The notes below the pieces were generated by a model. It was not told the DNA's origin. It did no database searches and worked only from the letters and a program-made list of their open reading frames with translations. Both the position numbers and the translations under genes were made by a program. DNA of 27,373 bases from Synechococcales cyanobacterium PMM_0036 (GTDB lineage: Bacteria; Cyanobacteriota; Cyanobacteriia; Elainellales; Elainellaceae): contig CASBQM010000483.1 of the NCBI GenBank assembly GCA_949127645.1, forward strand, positions 1 to 27,373, given 5' to 3'. Of this stretch, positions 18,265 through 27,274 are shown piece after piece. The first letter of the stretch is position 1. Every line of letters starts with the position of its first letter.

Positions 18265-19329
18265 CTAAAAGCCGTTGATGATATTAAACAGAGCGCCTAA
18301 AGGACTAAATATCCGACCCAGCGAATCTACGATCGAAGATGAATTTTTCTTCGGCACAATAATCACATCACCGTCTTGAATTTGATAGTTGTCAATCAAA
18401 TCACTTAAATCAATCGTTTGCCGCTCCACTTGACCCGACTCATTTAAGCGCACGAAAGCTACTCGGCTAAGTCTGGCATCCACCGTAGGTCCCCCAGCGA
18501 TCGCTACTGCGCTAGAAATAGAGCTGTCTGGCGAAACCCTCACCTCTCCGGGATTCTTCACCTCACCTACAATGCGGACACGAACGGTGGCAGGTGCGAA
18601 ACTCGATCGAGAAGACAGCCTAGTATCTAGAGTTTCACCGGCTTCCAAACGGGGAATAAAGATAGAATCTCCATCCTGAAGAATGAAATCAGGCGGAGCA
18701 TTCTCAGAAGCGATCGCATCCCAAAGATTGATTATGATCGGTTCAGTGCGATCGCGGTGCTTCAAGACAACGTGTCGAATATCTGCACTGCGAGTAATTC
18801 CTCCCGCCGCTACTAATGCAGTGCTAACGGTTGGCGTTCCTTCCGTTGTGTTGCTTGGAATCTCTACAATGCTTCCCACAACCGGGCTTGCAGTCGTCAA
18901 GCTACGAAGCTGAATAGTTCCAGGACGCATGACTTCGCCCGCTACATTGACAGAGACAGGTCGCAAAGCCGAAAGGCTGACCGTAACGACAGGATTGACC
19001 AATAAAGATTGCAGTCGAGCCGTAATTTCTCTAGCTAACTGCTCAGTCGTCTTTCCTGCAGCCGCCACTGCGCCCACCATGGGCATGATGATAGTGCCGT
19101 CGGGCAAAATAATCTTAGAACCTGTAAATTCTTGATAGTCAAAGACCGTAATATCAAGCTGATCGCCAGAGCCTAAAAGATAGGCTGAATGAGACAGCTC
19201 AGCCGCCGGAGCCGGAGAAACCTGCGCCAAAGTCGGCAGTTGAAAAGCTGTACATAGGACAACCGTAGCTGCAACTGCAGAACATCTCTTCCACGGATCA
19301 ATCTTTGAGAAAACAGGCAGATGCAGCAT
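18265..19329 (-). CDS. wza: Polysaccharide export protein Wza (Poly_export + SLBB domains)
   Basis: YLLGSGDQLDITVF, ILPDGTIIMPMVG, VNVAGEVMRPG, RIVGEVKNPG, LQDGDSIFIP. Start placed at ATG 19329 (signal-peptide-like); the ORF track extends to 19398. Confidence 0.92.
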   Translation of the reverse strand: MLHLPVFSKIDPWKRCSAVAATVVLCTAFQLPTLAQVSPAPAAELSHSAYLLGSGDQLDITVFDYQEFTGSKIILPDGTIIMPMVGAVAAAGKTTEQLAREITARLQSLLVNPVVTVSLSALRPVSVNVAGEVMRPGTIQLRSLTTASPVVGSIVEIPSNTTEGTPTVSTALVAAGGITRSADIRHVVLKHRDRTEPIIINLWDAIASENAPPDFILQDGDSIFIPRLEAGETLDTRLSSRSSFAPATVRVRIVGEVKNPGEVRVSPDSSISSAVAIAGGPTVDARLSRVAFVRLNESGQVERQTIDLSDLIDNYQIQDGDVIIVPKKNSSSIVDSLGRIFSPLGALFNIINGF

Positions 19330-19415
19330 AAAAATTTCTATCTGAAAGAAGCGATGCAGGTTGTAGAATACGGAGCCGAAGCTATGGGCTAAAAGCAAGA
19401 ATCAATCAGCAAAGT

Positions 19416-21641
19416 CTAGAAGCGATCGCTTCTGTAAAAGCTCACCAGCGAATTTTGTTCGATCGGGACTTGAGACTCTGCAACTGGAGAAGTTAGGCTA
19501 GGCTCATATTCTCCGGCATGGTGGAAATAGCTATCAGGCTCATTTTTCACGTTTACTCCATTGATCACCATTCCCAAAACATTTTGACCTGTTTGCAATA
19601 GAAACTCTTTGGCTAACTGAGCGCTTGTTGAATCAACAGTTCCAGGACGGACAACCAGCAAAATACCATCAGCCATCTTACCCAAAACAGCCGCATCTGC
19701 GATGCCCGATAGCGGCGGCGCATCAAAGATTACAAAATCATAGGTCTGGGAAAAGGTGTCTATCAAAAAAGCCATGCGTTTGGAATCTAACAACGCTACC
19801 GGGTTGGGAGGCATAACCCCAGACGAAAGAACATCTAGATTTGGCAAAACATTTTGGATGCTTACGTCCAACGAAGTTTGATTGACAATGACATTGCTTA
19901 GCCCTGAAGCATTAGTGAGCTGCCAAATATGATGCTGAATGGGATGGCGTAAATCTGAGTCAACCAAAAGCACACGTCGCCCAACCTGTGCAATCACAGC
20001 CGCAAGATTGGCAGCGATCTCTGACTTACCTTCTTGAGGGACAGAGCTGGTTACAATAATTGACTGAAGCGGTCTGTCTGAACTGAGGAACTTGAGATTT
20101 GCCTGAAGCATCTGATAGACCCCAGCCGTTGCAGAAAAAGGTGAGTCTTTAACTACAACTCTAGGAACCAAACGTTCTTCTGGAGAACTAGGCTTGCTAC
20201 TCTTACCGAGACTAGGAATAATCCCCAAAAGCGTAAAGCCAAATAGCTCTCTAGCTTCCTTAACGGTTTTAACAGAGCGATCGCTTATATCAAGAGTAAA
20301 GGCAACAGCCACCGCCAAAAGTAAGCCTACTATGCTCCCTCCTACTATAATTAACCTTTTGTCAGGGGAGACAGATTCTTCGGGTAGAGACGCTGATGAA
20401 ACCACACGAGCGTTGCCAATATTTTGATTCTCTGCGACCTGAATTTCCTGAAGCTTCGTTAAAAGAGTTTCATAGGTTGTCTGAGATGCCTGAAGTTTAC
20501 GCTCCAGTTCTCGTTGCGTTTGTTCTAAACTCGGTAAATTGCTAGCTCTCTGCCGGTAGGCAGACTGTGTATTTGACAAGGTCTCAATGCGGCGAATTAA
20601 ACCCGATCGCTGTGACTCAAATCGAACCAAATCAGCAATGAGACTTTGCTGTAGCTCACCAACCTGCAAGCCTCCAATTGGCACGGGTTGACTACTGCCC
20701 ACAACTTGCTCGACTCGTTCTCGAAGAACAGTTTGTAGAGCCACAATTTTACGCTCTAAGTTGGCGATCGTCGGATATCCTTCTCGATAGCGAGTCTGTT
20801 CAACGGCAAGCTGTCCCTGAGCCTCTTGGAGCTGTGTTAGTGTCTCTTTCACGCTGGGTGCTTGACTCAGCGCTGTAAAAGCAACTATTTGTTGAGGGTC
20901 TATGCCAATTCGAGTACGGAGCTGTTCTGCCTGAGCCGTCACGTCTGCTAGCTGTGCCTGTGCTTGTGCAACTTCGTCCCCCAATTTGGCGATCGCTTGA
21001 ACAGACTCCGTTGCCTCTTCTTGCAAAACAATTACGCCATTGCTTTCCTTAAACTGACGTAGAGCAGAATCGGCTGCTCGTGCAGCAGTTTCTGTAATAG
21101 GAAGCTGTTGTGCTATGAAATCACGCGCCGCTGCCGCTTCAGCTCGATTGGACTGGATGTTCTTCTCAATAAAAACATTGATAATCTCGTTGACCACAGC
21201 GGCGGATTGCTTAGGGTCTCCCGATCGGTAAGAAATCTGTAAAACATCGGTACCTGCCACTCCTTTAACTTTGAGCTGGCTCTCTAAAGTTGAGGGATTC
21301 AACAAGTCACCCCCCCCATCTCTTAGATCAAGGATCTCAATAACCTGCTGAAGGACTGGAGTAGAGCGAACAATTTCAGCCTGGGTATCTAACGGATTGT
21401 TTTGAACTCCAAGGGATTCGAGCTGTCCAATGTCTCCGCTTAATCCCGTCATTGAAGAAGCCCGATTGGTTTTAAAGAGCAATTCTCCCTCTGCCTCATA
21501 GACTGGCTTTTGTGAAAATGCCAGCAAGGATGTCAGCGCTACAGCTAAGCTAAAAACTCCTGTAACAGGTAGCCATTGGCGTTTCAGAACCAACCAGTAT
21601 CGCTGAACATCGATTTCTTCGGAGCTGTCTCTAAGCGTCAT
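19416..21641 (-). CDS. wzc: Wzc/GumC polysaccharide co-polymerase with BY-kinase domain
   Basis: Two TM segments flanking a coiled-coil region; Walker A SSVPQEGKS, A' LLVDSD, B VIFDAPP. Confidence 0.94.
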   Translation of the reverse strand: MTLRDSSEEIDVQRYWLVLKRQWLPVTGVFSLAVALTSLLAFSQKPVYEAEGELLFKTNRASSMTGLSGDIGQLESLGVQNNPLDTQAEIVRSTPVLQQVIEILDLRDGGGDLLNPSTLESQLKVKGVAGTDVLQISYRSGDPKQSAAVVNEIINVFIEKNIQSNRAEAAAARDFIAQQLPITETAARAADSALRQFKESNGVIVLQEEATESVQAIAKLGDEVAQAQAQLADVTAQAEQLRTRIGIDPQQIVAFTALSQAPSVKETLTQLQEAQGQLAVEQTRYREGYPTIANLERKIVALQTVLRERVEQVVGSSQPVPIGGLQVGELQQSLIADLVRFESQRSGLIRRIETLSNTQSAYRQRASNLPSLEQTQRELERKLQASQTTYETLLTKLQEIQVAENQNIGNARVVSSASLPEESVSPDKRLIIVGGSIVGLLLAVAVAFTLDISDRSVKTVKEARELFGFTLLGIIPSLGKSSKPSSPEERLVPRVVVKDSPFSATAGVYQMLQANLKFLSSDRPLQSIIVTSSVPQEGKSEIAANLAAVIAQVGRRVLLVDSDLRHPIQHHIWQLTNASGLSNVIVNQTSLDVSIQNVLPNLDVLSSGVMPPNPVALLDSKRMAFLIDTFSQTYDFVIFDAPPLSGIADAAVLGKMADGILLVVRPGTVDSTSAQLAKEFLLQTGQNVLGMVINGVNVKNEPDSYFHHAGEYEPSLTSPVAESQVPIEQNSLVSFYRSDRF

Positions 21642-22902
21642 ATTTAAGATTGAAACTAGCTAATCCAGCCAAACCTGTACAGCAACTCAAAATTATCAAG
21701 CAGTTATATTTTATACATTGTCAGACACAAGTCTGCGATCGAGCAAGGTATATAGCAATTGAGCCATAACCTACAAAACTAATCTGCCACCTCTAAGCCT
21801 CAATGAATCTGCCGCTAGCCAAAAGCTTCAATTTTGTAAATGCACTACACGAAATATGAAATCCATAATGTAGTGATGTTACACAAAATGTGCTTAGCAT
21901 ATTATTGGGCATTACACGTACATCTGTGGGTAGAACTTTACGGTTAATTTATATGAATCTTCAGTTAATGACTATTTATGTAAAATTTTGATGAACACAT
22001 CAGAATATTTACTGTTTGTTCAGAGAATCAGGGTAAACCTATAATTTGCTGTAAAATCCGGTGAATACGCAGAACTACAACTTACGTGTAAGTGCGTAGA
22101 AAATTCAGTAGATATGGCGCTTTTAGCCCGGTCAGGGAAGACATATTTTTCAGTTAAACGCTCTTTCCAGGCTATGTCCTGAGATGAACTTTAAGATGAA
22201 TTTTGAGAGCTGTGGTGGCAATAGCGTTTACGTTCTGCTAACGTTCTTGCAAAGGAGACAGACTTTGACGCAATAGCTTGCAACCGCTGGATGTTTTTCA
22301 ATACGATATTCGTTAACGCTTGAGCGATACAGCGATTCTAATTCGAGTATTTTCCGCCTAGCGAGGTTTCAAAGCATGGTTTCGGATTCGGTTCCACAAT
22401 TAGAGCAATTGAAGTTGCAGCGTTCAGATCGTGCACCGGTCACTGAGAAGGTCTGGGCTGAGGAGCGACCTGAGAAGAGAATTTTTTTTGAGTGCAAGTT
22501 GTTAACATCGATCGTTGTTCCTGTTTATTATGGTGTGTAGTTTTAGAAGGTCCTGAACTTAAAATCGTCAGGGGTAGAGATCAATCCAGAAATTATTCAC
22601 AAATGCCTCTAGATGCGTGGATGGGTAAGGTTCCAGCACATCTAAGCTGGCAGGCTTGATAGCCGAGCGAAAGTCACGATCGCAAGTCCAGTACAGAAAT
22701 ATTAGCCATTTAGTTATTCAATCTGGGTATTTTAACAGTGCAAAATAAGCCCTACTTCAGAGAAGTTTTTGACGTAGTTTCCTCAACCTGTCAGTCTATG
22801 CTCGGTCAAAGATTTAGAGATTGAAATTAATAGCTTCATGTAGGCTTCAAAGTCGGTTACTAAGCACTTTGTTTTCAAGTTCGCCTGACGACCCTACCCC
22901 TA

Positions 22903-22920
22903 AACCTAAAGTTTTAGGTT
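22903..22920. promoter_or_regulatory. Perfect inverted repeat AACCTAAA-GT-TTTAGGTT upstream of the sugar transferase
   Basis: 8-2-8 palindrome ending 33 bp before the GTG at 22954; function is inferred only. Confidence 0.35.
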
Positions 22921-22953
22921 GGAGCCTGCTCAAAATGCCCTTATATTTCAGGA

Positions 22954-24396
22954 GTGCCGACTATGGCATTTAATTCAATACCGACAACCCGACCCAAGCC
23001 AGATTTGCGATCGTCCACCTCAATCATCTTTCGTAAGGGAATCACCATAGGTTCAGTCCGAGTTGCAACATTTGTTTTGCTAGATGCGGTTTCTATCTAC
23101 CTATCCTGGCAACTGGCTCTTTCCCATGGAACACAGTTTGAGTCACCCTGGACGACGACTCAAAGCTCGTTATTTCTTCCCATAATCATTGCTGTTGGTA
23201 TCGGTGTAATTGATGCAAGGGGTTTGTATAAGTCAGGAAAATATCATCGTGACTATGTAGAGCTGGTAAAAGCTGTTTCTTTAGTTAATCTTTTCTTATT
23301 GCTCATTGCTTTTCTTTACAATCCAAGTCGCTATATTTCTCGATCGGCATTTTTACTATTTTGGTTTTTGAGCGTTACATCTGTTTGCACTTGTCGCGTT
23401 GCAATAGCTTATTTTGTTAATTTGCTGCGGCAGCGAGGCATTGTTCGCTATCCTGTTTTTCTGATTGCAGATAAATCACACCAAGAGAAAAATGTGCAGC
23501 TCATTGAGCATGAAAACTGCTATAGCATTCTGGGTATAGCTGATTCAAGTTCTTTAGATAGACGTAATAGAGAAGCAACTTTTGAATCTCTCCAGAAGCT
23601 AGGGGTAGCGGAGGTTTTCGCCTCTTGGAGTTCCATTAAAAATCGTCTATATTTATGCTGGCACTTCCAGACAATTGGAATTACGCTGCGAATTTTACCA
23701 ATGGAGCCAACCTTCTCTTTGCCTCGTTCAGGGTTTGAATCTATCGGCAATATTCCTTCACCTGTCATTCGGGCCCCAATCATTATTGGCGGTGACTACT
23801 GGGTTAAGCGCGGTTTTGATTTTTGCTTTTCCACGCTTTTACTGCTGTTCTTTTCTCCTCTCTATTTCTTAATCGCGCTACTGATAAAAATTGATTCTCC
23901 TGGACCCATTTTCTTTCGTCAAACTCGTGTTGGTTTGCATGGTCGCTACTTTAAAGTGTGGAAATTTCGCACAATGGTAGCTAATGCGGATAGATTGCAG
24001 GCAACGCTAGAGGCAAGAAATGAAATGAAGGATGGCGTACTCTTCAAGATGAAGGATGATCCTCGAATTACTAGAATTGGTAAGTTTCTTCGTCGCTACA
24101 GTTTAGATGAGCTACCTCAACTGTTCAATGTTTTAGTAGGTGAGATGAGTATTGTGGAACCCCGTCCACTGCCCGTTAGGGATGTTCAAAGGTTTGAAGA
24201 ACGGCATTTTATTAGACAAGAAGTTTTGCCAGGGATCACGGGGTTATGGCAAGTTTCAGGTCGATCTGATATCAATAACTTTGACGATACTGTGAATTTA
24301 GATATTGTTTATATCTGTAGCTGGTCGCTTCAACTAGATATGAAAATTATTCTGCAAACGGTTGGAGTTGTTCTTCAAAAGAAGGGAGCCTACTAA
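22954..24396 (+). CDS. Priming sugar transferase (WcaJ/CpsE/ExoY family polyprenyl glycosylphosphotransferase)
   Basis: N-terminal TM segments; Bac_transf domain KRGFD...GPIFFRQTRVG...KFRTM...DPRITRIGKFLRRYSLDELPQL...PGITGLWQV. The start may be the ATG at 22963. The VGPRP motif reads VEPRP. Confidence 0.93.
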   Translation: MPTMAFNSIPTTRPKPDLRSSTSIIFRKGITIGSVRVATFVLLDAVSIYLSWQLALSHGTQFESPWTTTQSSLFLPIIIAVGIGVIDARGLYKSGKYHRDYVELVKAVSLVNLFLLLIAFLYNPSRYISRSAFLLFWFLSVTSVCTCRVAIAYFVNLLRQRGIVRYPVFLIADKSHQEKNVQLIEHENCYSILGIADSSSLDRRNREATFESLQKLGVAEVFASWSSIKNRLYLCWHFQTIGITLRILPMEPTFSLPRSGFESIGNIPSPVIRAPIIIGGDYWVKRGFDFCFSTLLLLFFSPLYFLIALLIKIDSPGPIFFRQTRVGLHGRYFKVWKFRTMVANADRLQATLEARNEMKDGVLFKMKDDPRITRIGKFLRRYSLDELPQLFNVLVGEMSIVEPRPLPVRDVQRFEERHFIRQEVLPGITGLWQVSGRSDINNFDDTVNLDIVYICSWSLQLDMKIILQTVGVVLQKKGAY

Positions 24397-24409
24397 AATT
24401 AAAGGCAAA

Positions 24410-26065
24410 TTACTTAAAGTCAGTGGCAGTAACCTTGATAAATTCTGTGTTTCTGAGCAGTATGAAGTCATGCTGAGAAATTCTCAGCAGGGTATCCCGT
24501 CCTTGCTGTCTAATAGTTAGGTCACTAAAACTGAGATTTCCATGCAGAGTAAGTCTATCCTGATGGTCTTCAAAGTCTTGAATCGTGTCCTGCCCATCAC
24601 CAAAACCGAAAGCAAATATGTCTCGACCTCTGCCGCCGATAAGAGTGTCATTACCTTTACCGCCTAGCAGGTTATCTTGACCCACACCACCTACAAGCAG
24701 GTCATTGCCTATACCTCCCAATAAGGTGTCGTTACCTCCCTTACCATCTAAAATATCTGCTCGAATGGTTCCTCTCAAGAAATCTGCTCGATGAGTCCCT
24801 TGCTTGGTAGGGTTGTAAGGAGGCTGTGCATCATCAGCTTTTTTCTCGATCGCCCCAACGTCAACACCAGATCCTTGAGGTCTCTGAACGTTGTAGATAT
24901 CGTTTTTGGCACTCAATCCACCACCTATATTGAGAGCAGGGCTTCCTGCCTTGAGCGAAAAATTGCCAGTTGATGGGTCTACAAATTGAGGGTTCTGACT
25001 AAACTTATTGTTGCGCACTGTACCAGCAAATTGGGTTTCGTTGAAGACTAAGTTATAGTCATAAATTACGTTATTAGCGTCTGAAATTGTGTTGGCGGGC
25101 AACCCCGTTTTTGCATAGATTATATTGTTGTAAACTTGCACGTCGCTAGCCACAATAGCGGTAATTTCCCCATCTTGAATATCAGGAGTTTGGGAATTTT
25201 GGTATGTCGTATTATTGATGATATCGATAGCGTCACTTTCAAATACATGAATGCCTCTACCGCCATTCTTATAGACAATGTTGTTTTCTATTAATGTGCG
25301 CCCATAATAGATTCCTAGCACAGACATGAGTTGGGTGCTTCGAGAGTCGTCAATAATGATGCCATTACCATCAGTGATAGTGCCAAGGCGGTAAAATGGA
25401 ATCAGATTTTTATTGTCGTATACTGTATTGCCCTGGATAATCATTTTATGGCCGGGTTGGCGATCGAAGTTCCAGTTCTGGTAGTTAGAAATGCCGCTAT
25501 TGGCGTATGGTGAATACCAAGAATTGCTGTGAACAACGTTATTTTCGATCGTCACGTAATCAGCAGCAAAAGTATAAATACCCCCTCCTCCAAATTTAGA
25601 AACATCGTTGTTACGGATAATAATATGGTGAGGGTAGGTGATATTTTTTTGTCGAAATGGCGTGACTCCGATGCCATTGCCGGAAGTCAGAGAATTCTCT
25701 GAATTATTCTTCTGAGAAACAGCATACTCAAGCGTAAGGTTATCATTGTTTCCCTCTAGTTTGAAGCCATCAATAGTGATGTACGAAGCTCCCTGAACTT
25801 CAATCGCTTGCCAACCTGTGGATTCTAATTTAGGTTTGTGCCCCGGATACGCTTTGTAAGAAATCCAGGCATCAGGCTGACCTGAATTCCTAATCGTTAA
25901 AACATTATTAGACGATGTATTTCGATATGTTCCATTCATCACATAAACGGTGTCTCCAGGATGGGTCAGATCTGCCGCCTTCTGTATTGTTTTAAAAGGA
26001 GAAGTCTTATTCAGCCCAGTGTTTTGATCGCTTCCTTTACTTGAGACATAATATATTTTCGCCAT
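24410..26065 (-). CDS. Right-handed parallel beta-helix protein with C-terminal RTX Ca-binding repeats
   Basis: MAKIYYVSSKGSDQNTG...PFKTIQKAAD...PGDTVYVMNGTY; repeated IxNNxV strands; PQFVDP...GSPALNIG...DVGAIE; then GKGGNDTLL, GGIGNDLLV, GGVGQDNLL, GGKGNDTLI, GGRGRDIFA. Start set at ATG 26065; the track's upstream extension runs antisense into the IS. Confidence 0.85.
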   Translation of the reverse strand: MAKIYYVSSKGSDQNTGLNKTSPFKTIQKAADLTHPGDTVYVMNGTYRNTSSNNVLTIRNSGQPDAWISYKAYPGHKPKLESTGWQAIEVQGASYITIDGFKLEGNNDNLTLEYAVSQKNNSENSLTSGNGIGVTPFRQKNITYPHHIIIRNNDVSKFGGGGIYTFAADYVTIENNVVHSNSWYSPYANSGISNYQNWNFDRQPGHKMIIQGNTVYDNKNLIPFYRLGTITDGNGIIIDDSRSTQLMSVLGIYYGRTLIENNIVYKNGGRGIHVFESDAIDIINNTTYQNSQTPDIQDGEITAIVASDVQVYNNIIYAKTGLPANTISDANNVIYDYNLVFNETQFAGTVRNNKFSQNPQFVDPSTGNFSLKAGSPALNIGGGLSAKNDIYNVQRPQGSGVDVGAIEKKADDAQPPYNPTKQGTHRADFLRGTIRADILDGKGGNDTLLGGIGNDLLVGGVGQDNLLGGKGNDTLIGGRGRDIFAFGFGDGQDTIQDFEDHQDRLTLHGNLSFSDLTIRQQGRDTLLRISQHDFILLRNTEFIKVTATDFK

Positions 26066-26219
26066 AATTGAACAGATAAAGTGGTTAAGGTTTTGAGAAA
26101 AAGTTAAGTCTTTTAAATCTTTATCGCCCTGCTGCATTGACAGACTACTATAGTGCTCCGGTTTGATTACTGAAAGAAATAGGGGAGAATACGGAGAGAC
26201 AAGCACTGAATATTCTCCC

Positions 26220-26732
26220 ATGGCAAAACTATCTGTCCAAGCAGCCGTAGAAGAGCTACAAGGTTTCATTAGCCAGCATCGAGAGGCTCGTGAGGTGCGG
26301 AAAGCCTTGGCTCTCAAACTGGTCTACCAGAACTATGGCTATGTGGAGATTGGCAAAATCCTGGAGGTGTCGATAGGTTCCATTAGTGGTTGGAAACAAG
26401 CCTATGAACTTGATGGGCTTGAAGGCTTGCAGTTGCAGCATAGAGGACGCATCAGCTACTTGAGTGCTCAGCAACGGGAGGAGGTGCTGAGTTGGTTGCA
26501 GAGCCAGGATTGCTGGGAGATTGGCGAATTGGAGTACCATCTAGCGGATGACTACGACGTGGTCTATGAGTCCAAGCAAAGCTATTACGACTTATTCGAG
26601 GCAGCCGGGATGAGTTGGAAGAAAACGACCCAGCTCAACCCTAAAGCAGACCCTCAAGCCGTGGCTGTAAAAAAAACGAAATTACCCGGTTGCTGGCAAG
26701 CTACCGCCGGGAAATCGAGAGGGGCGAATTGA
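26220..26732 (+). CDS. IS630 transposase OrfA (HTH / winged-helix part)
   Basis: AREVRKALALKL...IGKILEVSIGSISGWKQAY...GLEGL...HRGRISYL...LSAQQREEV...GMSWKK; probable ATG at 26220. Confidence 0.88.
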   Translation: MAKLSVQAAVEELQGFISQHREAREVRKALALKLVYQNYGYVEIGKILEVSIGSISGWKQAYELDGLEGLQLQHRGRISYLSAQQREEVLSWLQSQDCWEIGELEYHLADDYDVVYESKQSYYDLFEAAGMSWKKTTQLNPKADPQAVAVKKTKLPGCWQATAGKSRGAN

Positions 26733-27274
26733 GAGTCTTGTTACTGGATGAATGTCATTTGCTCTGGGGAGACGTAAACGGCTACGTTTGGGGCAAGAGT
26801 GACCAAGCGATTGCCATACCCGTGGTCAATGAACGTCAAAAGCAAACTTACTACGGCGCAATTGATTACCTGGGGCGAGAAGTGTTGGTTAAAGCCTATG
26901 ATGCTGGAAACTCAGACAATACGGTGAGTTACCTGCAATATCTGCAAGCTCAGTCTCCCGACCAACGATTGCTGATCTTGTGGGATGGTGCAAGCTATCA
27001 TCGCTCTCAAACGGTGCGAGACTTTCTAGCTCAGGTTAACCAGGGACAACCCAGTTCCCAATGGCAGATTCATTGCGTCTGCTTCGCCCCCAATTGTCCC
27101 CAACAGAATCCTATTGAGGATGTCTGGCTCCAAGCTAAAACCTGGGTGCGTCGTTTTTCCGGCTTAGCAAAGTCTTTTCCCCGGCTCAAATGGCTATTTG
27201 AGTGGTTTCTGCAAAATACCAACTTTGATTTCTCAAAACTTCAGATGTACGGAGCTTTTTCAAAAATCAAATAG
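26669..27274 (+). CDS. IS630 transposase OrfB (DDE domain), joined to OrfA by -1 frameshift
   Basis: LLDEC, IWDGASYH, PQQNPIEDVW give the D-D-E triad. The frame is open from the A8 run at 26669-26676 (KKNEITRLLASY...). Confidence 0.88.
   Translation, partial: KKNEITRLLASYRREIERGELRVLLLDECHLLWGDVNGYVWGKSDQAIAIPVVNERQKQTYYGAIDYLGREVLVKAYDAGNSDNTVSYLQYLQAQSPDQRLLILWDGASYHRSQTVRDFLAQVNQGQPSSQWQIHCVCFAPNCPQQNPIEDVWLQAKTWVRRFSGLAKSFPRLKWLFEWFLQNTNFDFSKLQMYGAFSKIK

Noticed and set aside
332-20878. Numerous 60-150 aa ORFs in the track overlapping the long genes (e.g. 332-610, 1467-1745, 5978-6358, 6982-7299, 6991-7305, 8549-8998, 13308-13583)
   Set aside because: Antisense or off-frame shadows of well-supported CDSs, with no recognisable motifs.
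21751-21759. TATAGCAAT matching the IS630 right-end IR
   Set aside because: Only 9 bp, with no partner IR or further similarity; plausible by chance in AT-rich DNA.
21869-21883. NtcA box TGTAGTGATGTTACA
   Set aside because: Spacing is GTA-N7-TAC, one short of the canonical N8; kept only as an unassigned palindrome.
22228-22508. Cys-rich broken ORF on the minus strand (MLTTCTQKK...CNFNCSNCG...YCVKVCLLCK)
   Set aside because: Needs both a frameshift at the A8 run and readthrough of a TGA at 22371-22369; no family recognised.
22376-22540. 54-aa plus-strand ORF MVSDSVPQLEQ...VYYGV
   Set aside because: No clear RBS or motif; a length expected by chance. Ribo-seq or conservation would be needed.
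26066-26317. 84-aa N-terminal extension of the beta-helix ORF
   Set aside because: It runs antisense into the IS630; the family-like sequence starts at MAKIYYVS (26065). An ATG at 26137 cannot be fully excluded.
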